DNA from: Bugula neritina
Lineage: Eukaryota; Animalia; Bryozoa
Direction of reading: 5' to 3'
Assembly (NCBI GenBank): GCA_964035545.1
Contig: OZ037767.1
Location: forward strand, 16,362,581 to 16,426,580
Length of the DNA: 64,000 nucleotides
Below the pieces are notes generated by a model that was given only the letters and a program-made list of their open reading frames with translations, searched no databases and was not told the origin of the DNA. Shown here one piece after another: positions 53,401-64,000 of the stretch. A program made the translations under genes and the position numbers. Every line of letters begins with the position of its first letter. Positions within the stretch are counted from its first letter, which is position 1.

Positions 53401-56400
53401 ATGTAGACTGTTCTACATTGAATCATGCAACTGCCTAAAGCAACATTTGAAGGAAGGACAACTACCAACAACAGTAGCACTGTTAGTGTAGTTTTACTAC
53501 ATGCGTGGAGATGCAGCACAGCTTACCCCGTATTTCCGCCGTTGTTAGAATGGGACACGTGTGGAGGAAGACTGTCTGTTGCAGACACACCATCAGAGCT
53601 CTGCGACAAGCTCCTTACCCTGTCTTTCAGCACGGAGAATGCCCTCAGCTCATCTTCATCATCTATTAGAATATGATCAACTTTCTAGTAGATTATACCA
53701 AACTTTCTAGTAGAATATACCAAACTTTCTAGTAGATTATACCAAACTTTCTAGTAGATTATATCAAACTTTCTAGTAGATTATATCAAACTTTCTAGTG
53801 GATTATATCAAACTTTCTAGTAGATTATATCAAACTTTCTAGTAGATTATACCAAACTTTCTAGTAGAATATACCAAACTTTCTAGTAGATTATACCAAA
53901 CTTTCTAGTAGATTATACCAAACTTTCTAGTAGATTATATCAAACTTTCTAGTAGATTATATCAAACTTTCTAGTGGATTATATCAAACTTTCTAGTAGA
54001 TTATATCAAACTTTCTAGTAGATTATACCAAACTTTCTAGTAGAATATACCAAACTTTCTAGTAGATTATACCAAACTTTCTAGTAGATTATACCAAACT
54101 TTCTAGTAGATTATATCAAACTTTCTAGTAGATTATACCAAACTTTCTAGTGGATTATATCAAACTTTCTAGTAGATTATACCAAACTCTCTAGTAGAAT
54201 ATACTAAACTTTCTAGTAGAATATACCAAACTTTCTAGTAGAATATACCAAACTTTCTATTAGAATATGATTACCTTTCTAGTGGATTATACCAAACTTT
54301 CTATTTATGGTGAACCTTCTATTATAATATAATATAATGAATTTTTTAATAGAGTATGTTAAACTGTTTATTACAATATAATAAACATATATTATAGTAT
54401 AATTGGATTTCCATTTGAATATGATGAAATTTTTATTAGAATATTAATAACTTATAGATTTGTTTTCTCAGATATTTCCTATTAAAGAAATAACATTTAT
54501 CTATTAAATATCAAAAACTTTCTATTGGATGGTAAACTATATTTTAGAATGATTTTCACGTAAATAATAGAATACCAGTGACTATATAATATAATATAAT
54601 ATAATATAATATAATAGTACAAAACAAAACCTGATCACATACAACTGTAAAATTTGGAACAAGACAAAACAAACACCCACTAGCAGAGATCTCTTAGCAG
54701 GGGGGGGGGGGATAGTTTACACAAGTTTGACCAAACACAGTATACAAATAGCTTCAAATAGACAGGAAAGAGGGTACCATTAGAATTAAACCACTTTACC
54801 TGCCAGGAAGCTGCTTGCTAAGAACATATCATATGCAGTATACTGGCTGACTGAGAGAATCATTACGTCAGCTATGCTCAGTATAATATACTTACACTCT
54901 ATTAGTCAGGAGCAAATTACAAAATATACTCCAGTATGAAACAATTAGGAGGACACAACTACATAATATCAACGTGCTTAAAGTGATGGCTTTAACATGT
55001 TTCATTGGATCAGATGCAAAATACTTCTAACAAACATGAAGTTTCTGCTCTATTCTATATAATAGCGGGGGGGGGGGAGACTCACCCGTAGTGATGAATC
55101 TGCCAATATATTGTGAGTTGGTGACCAGGTCGGCTGTATTGGATGATGAGATGTCAGACTACAATATAATACAGTGTAATATATACAATATAATACAGTG
55201 TAATATATACAATATAATACAGTGTAATATATACAATATAATACAGTGTAATATATACATTATAATACAGTGTAATATATACAATATAGTATATTATTAT
55301 ATGCAATATAATACAGTACACTGTAGTAATATATACAATATAATTCAATATAAGATAATAACATATACAATATGATATAATATTATATACAATATAATAT
55401 AATATGATAACATATGTGTGTGCATGTGTATAATATAAATTTACAATATTTTGTGATAATATATATTATATAATTCAAGTGCAACAAGTTATGAGTTATC
55501 TTCCCAAAGTTGTAAACTGATAGATAAGGGGAGAAAAGCAGCATTAGTGAACTATTTAGGTGTTATATTACAACGCAAAGCTTTGGAGTTGTGTCTCCTA
55601 CAAGGAGTTATCAGTACCTGCTGGAGAGAGAAAAAAGAGTTCTTCAGTTCACTATCATTTGCCTTCTTCAGTATCTCCAGACGAGACTTGCGTAGATTTT
55701 CCTCCTCTTTAGTGATGGAGGTAATTTTAGCAGAAACTTCCGATATCTACAAAAGTATGAACATTGGGTTGAAATTGAGGAGGTGGTACGGGCCCTACAC
55801 ATTCAACATCACATGTAACCAGAATGAGCTAAGGCTAAAATGACTGCTAAGCAGAGTGAAAGGTATAAAGCAGCCCCATCCAATACCACAGTAACTTCAA
55901 CTGAACATAACACAGCATCCTTTCTTCCTTGAAATTACTAATGACTTTTGAATCAGACTAAATATGAATATTAAACACATCAACAGGTGAGTCAGAGTAG
56001 ACCAGGTAACTCTACCTTCTGATCCAAAGACTTTCTCTGCTCCAGAAGGTCGTTGCTCTGCATGTTAAGCGTTGCCAGCTCCTTCCTAATATCCTCTTCT
56101 CTCACACTGATGTCTAAGAGGGTCTTAATCACACGCTCCTCTCCGAGCTTAGAGGTCACGGGTGGCTCCGTTTGGACTTCACCAGCGTCATTCTACACAA
56201 CAGAACAGTAGATTAAAAACTTACAGGTGGTAGACCACTTCACACTCAGGGGTTACATATCGTATGCTTTACACTGCGTATAGAACACTTACTTGTGGGA
56301 GCACAATGGGGTTAGGGGTGGAGCTTGTGCTGGATATGGGCGGGCCTGAGGTGGGTGTGGTTGAGGTGGGCGTGGTCGAAGTGAGTGATTTCTGAAGTTT

Positions 56401-59400
56401 ATCTGAAGCCAAAATTATGTATATACAAGATGAATAATATAATATTTTATTATAGAACCTCACTCACGTTTTTTTGAGTGAGTTTATATAATATAATATT
56501 TTATTATATGATGTCATATTATGATAATATAATTTACGCACCTTTCTTAGTTTTGATCTGTTTGTTCTTCACTACTTTAGTTTTAACAACTTTCTTTTTC
56601 ACTGAAGGCTTGACCTTGACTTTCTTTGTAGTAGTTCCTGGCGTGGTCTGAAAGAGAGGCTGATGTACGGAATTGAGTTGAAAGAGAGGCTGGTGTATAG
56701 AATTGAGTTGAAAGAGAGGCTGGTGTACAGAATTGAGTTGAAAAAGAGGCTGATGTACGGAATTGAGTTGAAAGAGAGGCTGATCATAGAATTGAGTTGA
56801 AAGAGAGGGTGGTGTGTAGAATTGAGTTGAAAGAGAGGGTGGTGTATAGAATTGAGTTGAAAGAGAGGGTGGTGTATAGAATTGAGTTGAAAGAGAGGCT
56901 GGTGTGTAGAGTTGAGTTGAAAGAGAGGCTGGTGTACAGAATTGAGTTGAGAGAGAGGCTGATGTACAGAACTGAGTTGAAAGAGAGGCTGATATACTTC
57001 ACAGTAACAAAAGCTGAGAAATGATTGACTCACCTTCTTAGCCTTCTTGCCGGCCACCGCGGAGTTGGCAGAGTTAGCCTCAGCACCCACAGCAATACCA
57101 GCTTCAGTCTGGGAGCGTTTCTTCACTTTGGAAACAGTAGATGATGAAGTGGATGGAGCCTGATTGGCAGCGTCAGCAGGCAAGTCTAAAGAGTGTTGAG
57201 CTACACAATATAGACAGTACATATTACTATGTACTATATTACATATATTACAATACATATTACTACATACTATATTGCCTATACTATATCATACATATAC
57301 CACAGTTACCATTACTTTGAGCATTTGAGTTGACATATCCGGGGAGCTCCAGAACCTCCCGAGTTGAGTCCATTGTGGCAGCAAACTGGTCATCTGCTAC
57401 GCTCTCTCTGGCTGCAGAACTCTCCTCCACCATTGCTGACTGGGCAGGCGGCGTCGGCTAGAAGTAAGTAGAATATTGACATGAAACAATAGTCATGGGA
57501 GTTGTCTTTTCAACTTGGGGAAAACTCATGTTTCAAGTTGAACAGCAGCAACAACTGTGACACAAATTCCCTGAGTCATACACAGGTTAAACTTACTAAG
57601 TGTCTTAATTTACTCGTTTAAACAGATAAATCCAAAACTAGTATTACTAAGGTTCAGGCATTTAATTCAAATTGCTGCTACAACAACTGCAACAGGTAGA
57701 ATTGAATGGCAGCACATCTTTTCACTTGCTTGTCACAAAGCCAGAAAGTAGGAATTGTCTCATTCTTTGATTCATGCATTTACTTTACATTGAATACAAC
57801 ACATTCACACATGTACAGACAGACCTTAGGTGATTGATGCCGAGGTGGGGGGCTGCTTAGGAGGCCCCCAATCTCCCCGATATCCTCGGCATTCACGCTT
57901 TGCAGCTCACATGTGACGGGCAGGTCTGAGGAAGCCTCTATTTCATAGTTCCTTCCTGTGAGGAGAAATTCGCATGACAGATGTGTGACAGATATATACA
58001 GATGTGTGACAGATACATACAGGTGTGTGACAGATACATACAGGTGTGTGACAGGCACACTTACCTCGAATTCTCTGCTCTTTCACTACATTCTGAAGTT
58101 CGTACTGAAGCTGCCTGTTGGATCGACCCGACAGCAGTGTCTTCAGGCTGCCGCGCTTGGCTGCGGGAGGCTAGAAAATGTCAACAAGTTTTACAATGCA
58201 TTATGGGAAAAAAACTAAACCAATATTACCACCGGCAAAGCTAAATACAAACTACGTCAGTTGCTGGCCTAATGTATGAAGAACAGAGTTATTGAATATA
58301 TTTTTCGATTTTGCTCGTGAGATTCAGAGACTATTATCTGCAGATGAAGGAATTTGATTTTGAATGAAATGAGGAGTTATGAGCCCAAATGATGATCCTA
58401 CACAGAATGTGTACATGAAATGTCGATTGTACTCTATGTTAATGAAACAAGTAATGAAGCTTGTAAATTGAAATAAAATTATAAATCACACAGTGAATAA
58501 TGTAGAATTATCTTCCCATATCTTTCTTAACCTCTGTGAATATACTTGTTTTGAGTGGATAGAAAACTGAATTAAACAAAAAGCTATTCAACAGTGTTAT
58601 GAACTTCTCAAATAATCAGAATATTATGAAATCAATACTAGAGATCAGATCGACTTTAATTTAATGCGAGGAGATAACTCTGAATTATTCAACCTTATGT
58701 GGAAAAGAAGCTTTTACAATTACCGTGTTTGCAGACACGAAATCAGCTACAAATTGTTGCAGATTCTAAATACAGCAACAAATAAAAGTAGATGAAGAAA
58801 TAGTAGCCATAACAACAGAGGTGGTTGCTAAGAGACGATGTAGCCATAGCAACATAGAGGGTTGCTAAGAGATGAGATAGCTATGGCAACAGAGGTGGTT
58901 GCTAAGAGACGATGTAGCCATGGCAACAGAGAGGGCTGGGAGAGACAATGACTGAGATGAACAGGTCATATAGTAATGAAGCAATTGGAGATGATTGTGA
59001 TGGGAGGCTAACAACACATCAACTTACAAAAATAAGTAAGTTCCGTGAAAATAAGATTAAGACTATTTGCATAAAATCTATGAAAAATCTGGTACTAGGA
59101 ATAGATAAATGATGTACAGCTAGCAATAGAATACAGACTACACTGCACATGCTGGACCACAGGCTACCTACCAATTTGCTCTTCTCACACGACTTGTTGA
59201 TAGCAGGGAGGGGGGCATCTGGATCAGGCTTGATGTTCAGTATGAGCTCAGGCTCCTCCTGGGGTTCTTCTCCACCCTGCACAGGGGGTTTCTTCTGACT
59301 AAATCCACCACTGGACTCGCTAGCAGTTCTTCGTCGCTCCTCCTCGTCAGCGACTGATCCACTTTCATCAGGCCTTGACCTCAGTTCGCCGACACTCTTC

Positions 59401-62299
59401 AGGCGGCTTTCGGAACTGCACGAACCAGACTCGGACTGACGGCGAGTTCTTTTAGCCAGCTTTGATTCAGCTCTCTGTTTACTCTCACCTTTGACCTTTC
59501 TCTCATCTTTAGTACTCAGCTTTGCATCTTCACCTTTGTCTAGTTTTAGTTTTGAGCTGCTGCCTGGTTTAGTGAGAGAACTAATTTTAGACAGCTTCTT
59601 ATCACCGGTTGGCGTTTTTCGACCAGGTTCCGCTGCTGAAGAAGATTTCTGATGACTAGGAGATGATTTGGCACTATTTGTGAGAGACTTATTCGAAGAA
59701 CTTCTTTTAAGAGAGGTCTGTGCAACTTCCTGTTTGCCAGCTGGCGAGGATTCCGAAGGAGGAATGTTGGGAGAGTTTGAGCTCACAGAGGTGGATATTT
59801 CAGGGGGAATCTGGAGCTGCCTGAGTGAAGGAATGTTGTCTGAAGCAAAGCCCATGTCAAAAGACGGGGCGGGGGCGGGGCCTGGACCGCCATAACGATA
59901 GCCTGGATGATAGACTGAGGGAGGACCTTGGCCAGAGTATGGCGGACGGTACATGGGCGGGAAACCAAACCCCCAACCCCAACAGTTCTACAAAAGCAGA
60001 TTCAGGTTTAAAGGCTATTAAATTTAATTCCATCACTTAAAACAGGAAGTGTAGAGTATTTCAGCGAACCTGAGGATACTGGCTATTGATATCAGCACCA
60101 AAGTCGTCACTAAATGCCGCATCAGGACCCAACTGGTTCCACCTGCCCTTAGTAACATCCTGATCCTTCGACTTCACGTCCTTCTTTGAGTGGTCGTCTG
60201 TAACGATTCAAACAATAAAGACAAACCATTTCTGTATTCACCCTCCTGAGACACATTAGATGAAGTATTCTTCACGTTATTTAGTTCACTAGTATTCAGT
60301 TACTGACTGTTGTCTTGAGAATTTCTCATTTTAACCATCAGTGTTTTGTATTCTATTGAATATATTCTAAGAAAATAGAAATATCATTCAATCCTATGTA
60401 ATAGCAGCCACAGAGCATCTTGTATCAGAGAATTGTGATGTGCAAGGTGCACATTGAATATAAAGTATTTGAAGAAAAGAAACGTTCAAAGGGAAACGAC
60501 TGATCACTACCTATATAACGATAACTCACTATTGTTATATCAACTATCAGAGAAGACAACTTCTATTCAAATACATTAGATAACTTTACATTAGATAATC
60601 ATTGAACTTCCCTATAATATTTTCTGTTAACAATATAATGTTGTTGGCCCCTAATAATAATACATTCTAAGCTACTTTGAGTAATAAAATGTACTCACAT
60701 AAACTAGGGAGATAGGCTGAGAGTATAGACTGAGAGAGTATAGACTGAGAGAGTATAGACTGAGAGAGTATAGACTGAGAGTATAGACTGAGAGAGTATA
60801 GACTGAGAGTATAGACTGAGAGAGTATAGACTGAGAGAGTATAGACTGAGAGAGTATAGACTGAGAGTATTGACTGAGAGTATAGACTGATAGTATAGAC
60901 TGAGAGAGTATAGACTGAGAGTATAGACTGAGAGAGTGTAGACTGAGAGTATAGGCTGAGAGTGTAGACTGAGAGAGTATATAGACTGAGAGTATAGACT
61001 GAGAGAGTATAGACTGAGAGAGTATAGACTGAGAGTATAGACTGAGAGAGTATAGACTGAGAGAGTATAGACTGAGAGAGTGTAGACTGAGAGAGTATAG
61101 ACAGAGAGAGTATAGACTGAGAGTATAGACTGAGAGTATTGACTGAGAGTATAGACTGAGAGTATAGACTGAGAGTATTGACTGAGAGTATAGACTGATA
61201 GTATAGACTGAGAGAGTATAGACTGAGAGTATAGACTGAGAGAGTATAGACTGAGAGTATAGACTGAAAGTATAGACTGAGTGTAGACTGAGAGTATAGA
61301 CTGAGGAAACTAACCTTGCCGTCTGGATAGGTTCGTTGCCTTCTCTTCATGGAGCTTTATCCCAGATCTAAAGTCAGTTAATTATTCAGCCATCATAACA
61401 GTAGTTTGTTAGTAGAACACATTATAAATTCCTTTAGAGTCAATTAGACTATACAGGCTATTGGAATCACAGAATACAGATTCAAATTAGAATTTAGAAA
61501 AGCACAAAGGTTTAAAAAAACTATAAAGAAGCACGTTATTATGAAGTATATTATATGAATTCATGTGAAATATAACATGTCATAAGTGCTCCTGTGCCCC
61601 ATCTAAATAAGTCCTTAGCTCGACCTAACAAAAACCCTTTCCATCAGCGGTTTTCTCACAGGGATGGCGACTATAAACTTGCCTGAGGTTTTTTTATGTA
61701 AGATATAACAACATCTTTCGACATGTGTGATTGTAGCCAACTAAGGTATAGACTCACAGTTTATATTTGAGCTTGTCCTTATGTGAATGAGTGTTGGAGT
61801 GAGCGATGTACATCTCTAACCTCTTGAAGTTTCTCTGACAGCAGTTACAGTAATGTGATGTAAAGCTGAAAATTATCAAAATAAAACCTACAAATGTTCC
61901 CACACACAAAAATGATAGCACTCAAAGGAATAACATGACAGGTTATAAACACTTACTGTGGCAAATTTGATAGCTTATTGTGATGTTCAATTGTATGAAT
62001 GTGTTCATGATGCTCCTAAAAAGAGAGAAATACAGCTCGTTGTTTCAGGGCAGTGTATTTGACCAATAAGAATCGGCCAGATTATTTATATGAATTGGAC
62101 ATTGATGTGTGAGCTGTTAGACTGTTATAAAAAGCTTTCCAATCAAAAAGGAGAAAACACAATAGGCTAAAGTCTTGTTGAACATGACCGAGTAACCAGT
62201 AGACCAAGGTCAAGGTCGACTATGAGTGACACCTACCCATTTGGCAGTGAAGCTGAGTTTGCACAGATGGCATTGTGGAGAGTTTGAGCTTGCAGGCAT
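44475..62299 (-). CDS. ZNF106: ZNF106/ZFP106-like protein (N-terminal zinc fingers, low-complexity middle, coiled coil, WD40 repeats, C-terminal C2H2)
   Basis: Phase-consistent exons 62237-62299, 61957-62015, 61758-61865, 61315-61367, 60070-60197, 59172-59987, 58065-58170, 57825-57955, 57310-57457, 57034-57200, 56542-56647, 56293-56402, 56016-56192, 55618-55746, 55086-55158, [54800-54850], 53527-53662, 48538-48721, 47020-47154, 46587-46703, 46220-46408, 46068-46133, 45754-45885, 45326-45463, 44921-45061 and 44475-44519. Motifs CHLC..EHIHTIEHH..HYCNCC..Y.AH....HKD, LLDISVREE, YEGHTAAV..LFSGSGDRTIRRFD, EGARRVLICGSYDCTVSIRD.KSGLLIR and CPWDGC. The start codon is tentative because an acceptor lies just upstream. 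Confidence 0.85.
45158..45335. repeat. 30-bp tandem repeat x6 of a ZNF106 exon end and donor
   Basis: Gene-strand unit GTAAGTGTTTGTACTCAGGTAAAGTGCAAG. Confidence 0.92.
45480..45733. repeat. 9-bp satellite (TATACAGAG)n, the reverse complement of the SelW intron repeat
   Basis: Directly visible. It fills almost the whole intron 45464-45753. Confidence 0.95.
50271..53302 (+). CDS. Class A GPCR, FMRFamide/sex-peptide-receptor-like family, nested antisense in a ZNF106 intron
   Basis: Exons 50271-50459, 50559-50735, 51113-51303, 51659-51785, 52291-52389, 52639-52778 and 52901-53302. Motifs LGIVGNILS, STTTIYLKAL..ID, VTVERYI.ICH, YQIPRFF, FILVPLAIL, YLVCNLP and NSAINVLLFCFFGSKFR. Confidence 0.88.
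53665..54303. repeat. 22-bp minisatellite (CAAACTTTCTAGTAGATTATAC)n, about 28 copies, abutting a ZNF106 acceptor
   Basis: Directly visible. Confidence 0.95.
55160..55345. repeat. 24-bp repeat (AATATAATACAGTGTAATATATAC)n starting at a ZNF106 acceptor
   Basis: Directly visible. Confidence 0.88.
56648..56995. repeat. About 30-bp repeat (GAATTGAGTTGAAAGAGAGGCTGGTGTATA)n ending in the ZNF106 acceptor
   Basis: Gene-strand units read CTCTCTTTCAA. The last one reads CTCTCTTTCAG|. Confidence 0.93.
57975..58055. repeat. 21-bp tandem repeat x4
   Basis: (GTGACAGATACATACAGGTGT)n fills a short intron. Confidence 0.88.
60718..61304. repeat. 13/15-bp satellite (GAGAGTATAGACT[GA])n
   Basis: Directly visible. 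Confidence 0.95.
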
Positions 62300-62959
62300 C
62301 TCACCACTAAAAGAAAAATACTCGTTCGACAAATTATGAAAGAATTATAATAACCAAGTGTAAGAGCAAACGAGCAACCCAGTAGACATAATCATAATGC
62401 TAGTACCAAACAGTGAATGTCACTGTGAACAAGTATAACTCATCAACTGTTTAAGTACTGTAAGCAAGTGTAATACACAGTCAAACTGACACTAATTCTA
62501 AACCTCAGTAATAGCGATAGTATAAGTACGACTATGAGAGTCCGTAAGCGTGACACTACCAGTGGCAGTACCACTACCAGAATTATTCAGTTGAAGCAAC
62601 AGTAAGTGTAACACTAACTGTCACTGTAAGTGTAGCACTAACAACTAACTTGTAAGTTGCAAGCTAAAGTTGGAAGTGCAAGACTTAAACATAGAATAAG
62701 TATAACCATAAGTATAACAGTAATGAGTTAACACCAACAGTAAAACTAACACCAACAGTAACTGTAAGAAACTAAATTTAAGTTAGCAGTTACTAATTAC
62801 TACTAGTGCTAGTGTTACACCAAGTCCAACAGTAACACTAACGGTATAACTATATTTAAGTTTCGTCATTACTATTACTATTTGTTTTAGTATTACTAAA
62901 GAAGATACACTAAAAATGAAGTGAGCAAAATGAAGAGATTTTCTCGTAAACCGGATCTG

Positions 62960-63330
62960 TGGGCCTCTTGCTAATTTTAAACCCTTTTTCAAGCATCTGA
63001 AAAAATCAATAACCAAAATTCCCCTCTCATTAGTCTTACAAACAACCAAAACAAACGTACTGAGGACCGCAAAGAATGCGCTGAGCTTCTTAACAACTTC
63101 TTCCAAGAACAATATTACAAGGGCCATCGTCGAACGGATCACCGAGTGGGACTGCTTGCCAGAATCCTTGGGGATGAGGAACACCACAGCGCACTCTCGA
63201 TCAGTTACGATGAAATTATGTAAAGCAGATCAAAAACCACCATGTACACTTGTGCTGCCAGCCGTGAACAACTGAATTCAATACATGCCTTATCAAGCGT
63301 TTTCAGAGACAGTTTCCTTCTCAGGACAAT
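62960..63330 (+). mobile_element. Degenerate LINE ORF2 (endonuclease-RT linker) fragment
   Basis: A broken + frame gives FKPFFKHLK...TEDRKECAELLNNFFQEQ...ISYDEI, resembling the 'D.EKAELLN.FF' linker motif of CR1/L2/Jockey-type LINEs. Stops and frameshifts are present. Confidence 0.45.
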
Positions 63331-64000
63331 ATGAATATGTGATATGCGTCTAATACAAAATGAAACTGATGACTAATGTCAAACAGCGTTACGCTGCAAC
63401 CCCAGACCATAGTTTCTGCAAAACCGTTTTTACTTAGCACACCTGAGGCGCTTCGCCTGTGCTTCTAGCAATCTCGAGCGTGCAAAGGATACAGAGGTAA
63501 TATTACTATTACTATTAGTATTAGCATTAGACTTAGTAAAAGTTAAAGTATATAACTTAATCGTTAATTATTAATAACATAAGTATTACCACTAGTACTT
63601 ACTAGTACTACTATTACTATCAGTATTACTATTACCATTACAAATACATTAGACTTAGTATTAGTATAAGTAAAATACATTAACTAGTCTAAGTCTAGCA
63701 GTAGTAGTAGTATTACTATTAGAATTACTATTACTATTAGTATTAGACTTACTAGTACTACTATTAGTTATTACATTTTGATTTACTATAAGTATAACTG
63801 TTAGTATTAGTATTACTTTAGTATTAGTATTACTATTACTATTAGTATTTAGTATTACTATCGTATTAGTATTAGTATTAATATTATTATTTATTATTAC
63901 TAATACTACCCAAGAGTGAGTAGTCTACGGAGTACCTCTAAAAAGAGAGAGCCTGATTATTTATTAATTAGATAATTTAATTACCGACAATTATTCAACT

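Noticed and set aside
62783-63187. 134-aa minus-strand ORF
   Set aside because: It has a non-ATG start and no recognisable motif, is antisense to a LINE-like relic, and runs into low-complexity DNA.

Overview
AT-rich, intron-containing animal (invertebrate, plausibly lophotrochozoan) genomic DNA. Most ORF-track entries are exon fragments or repeat artefacts, so I built the gene models by hand from GT-AG junctions with phase checks. Nine spliced genes were reconstructed: BubR1/MadBub (5' part, -), NOVA (+, head-to-head with it), a temptin-like gene with a GPI-type tail and a 1-nt frameshift (-), selenoprotein W with an in-frame UGA and a 3'UTR SECIS (+, absent from the ORF track), a PAN/apple plus C-type lectin (+), VPS72/YL1 (-), an SLC18B1-like MFS transporter (-), ZNF106 (-), and an FMRFamide-receptor-like GPCR nested antisense in a ZNF106 intron. 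Mobile elements are a very young Gmr1-type LTR retrotransposon with intact Gag-PR-IN but no RT/RNase H, LINE fragments, two tRNA-derived repeat families and a PIF/Harbinger-like MITE. Notable patterns are minisatellites that repeatedly amplify splice junctions, a 182-unit pure intronic CUG tract, and ACT/AGT-rich tracts in the first introns of the broadly expressed genes.
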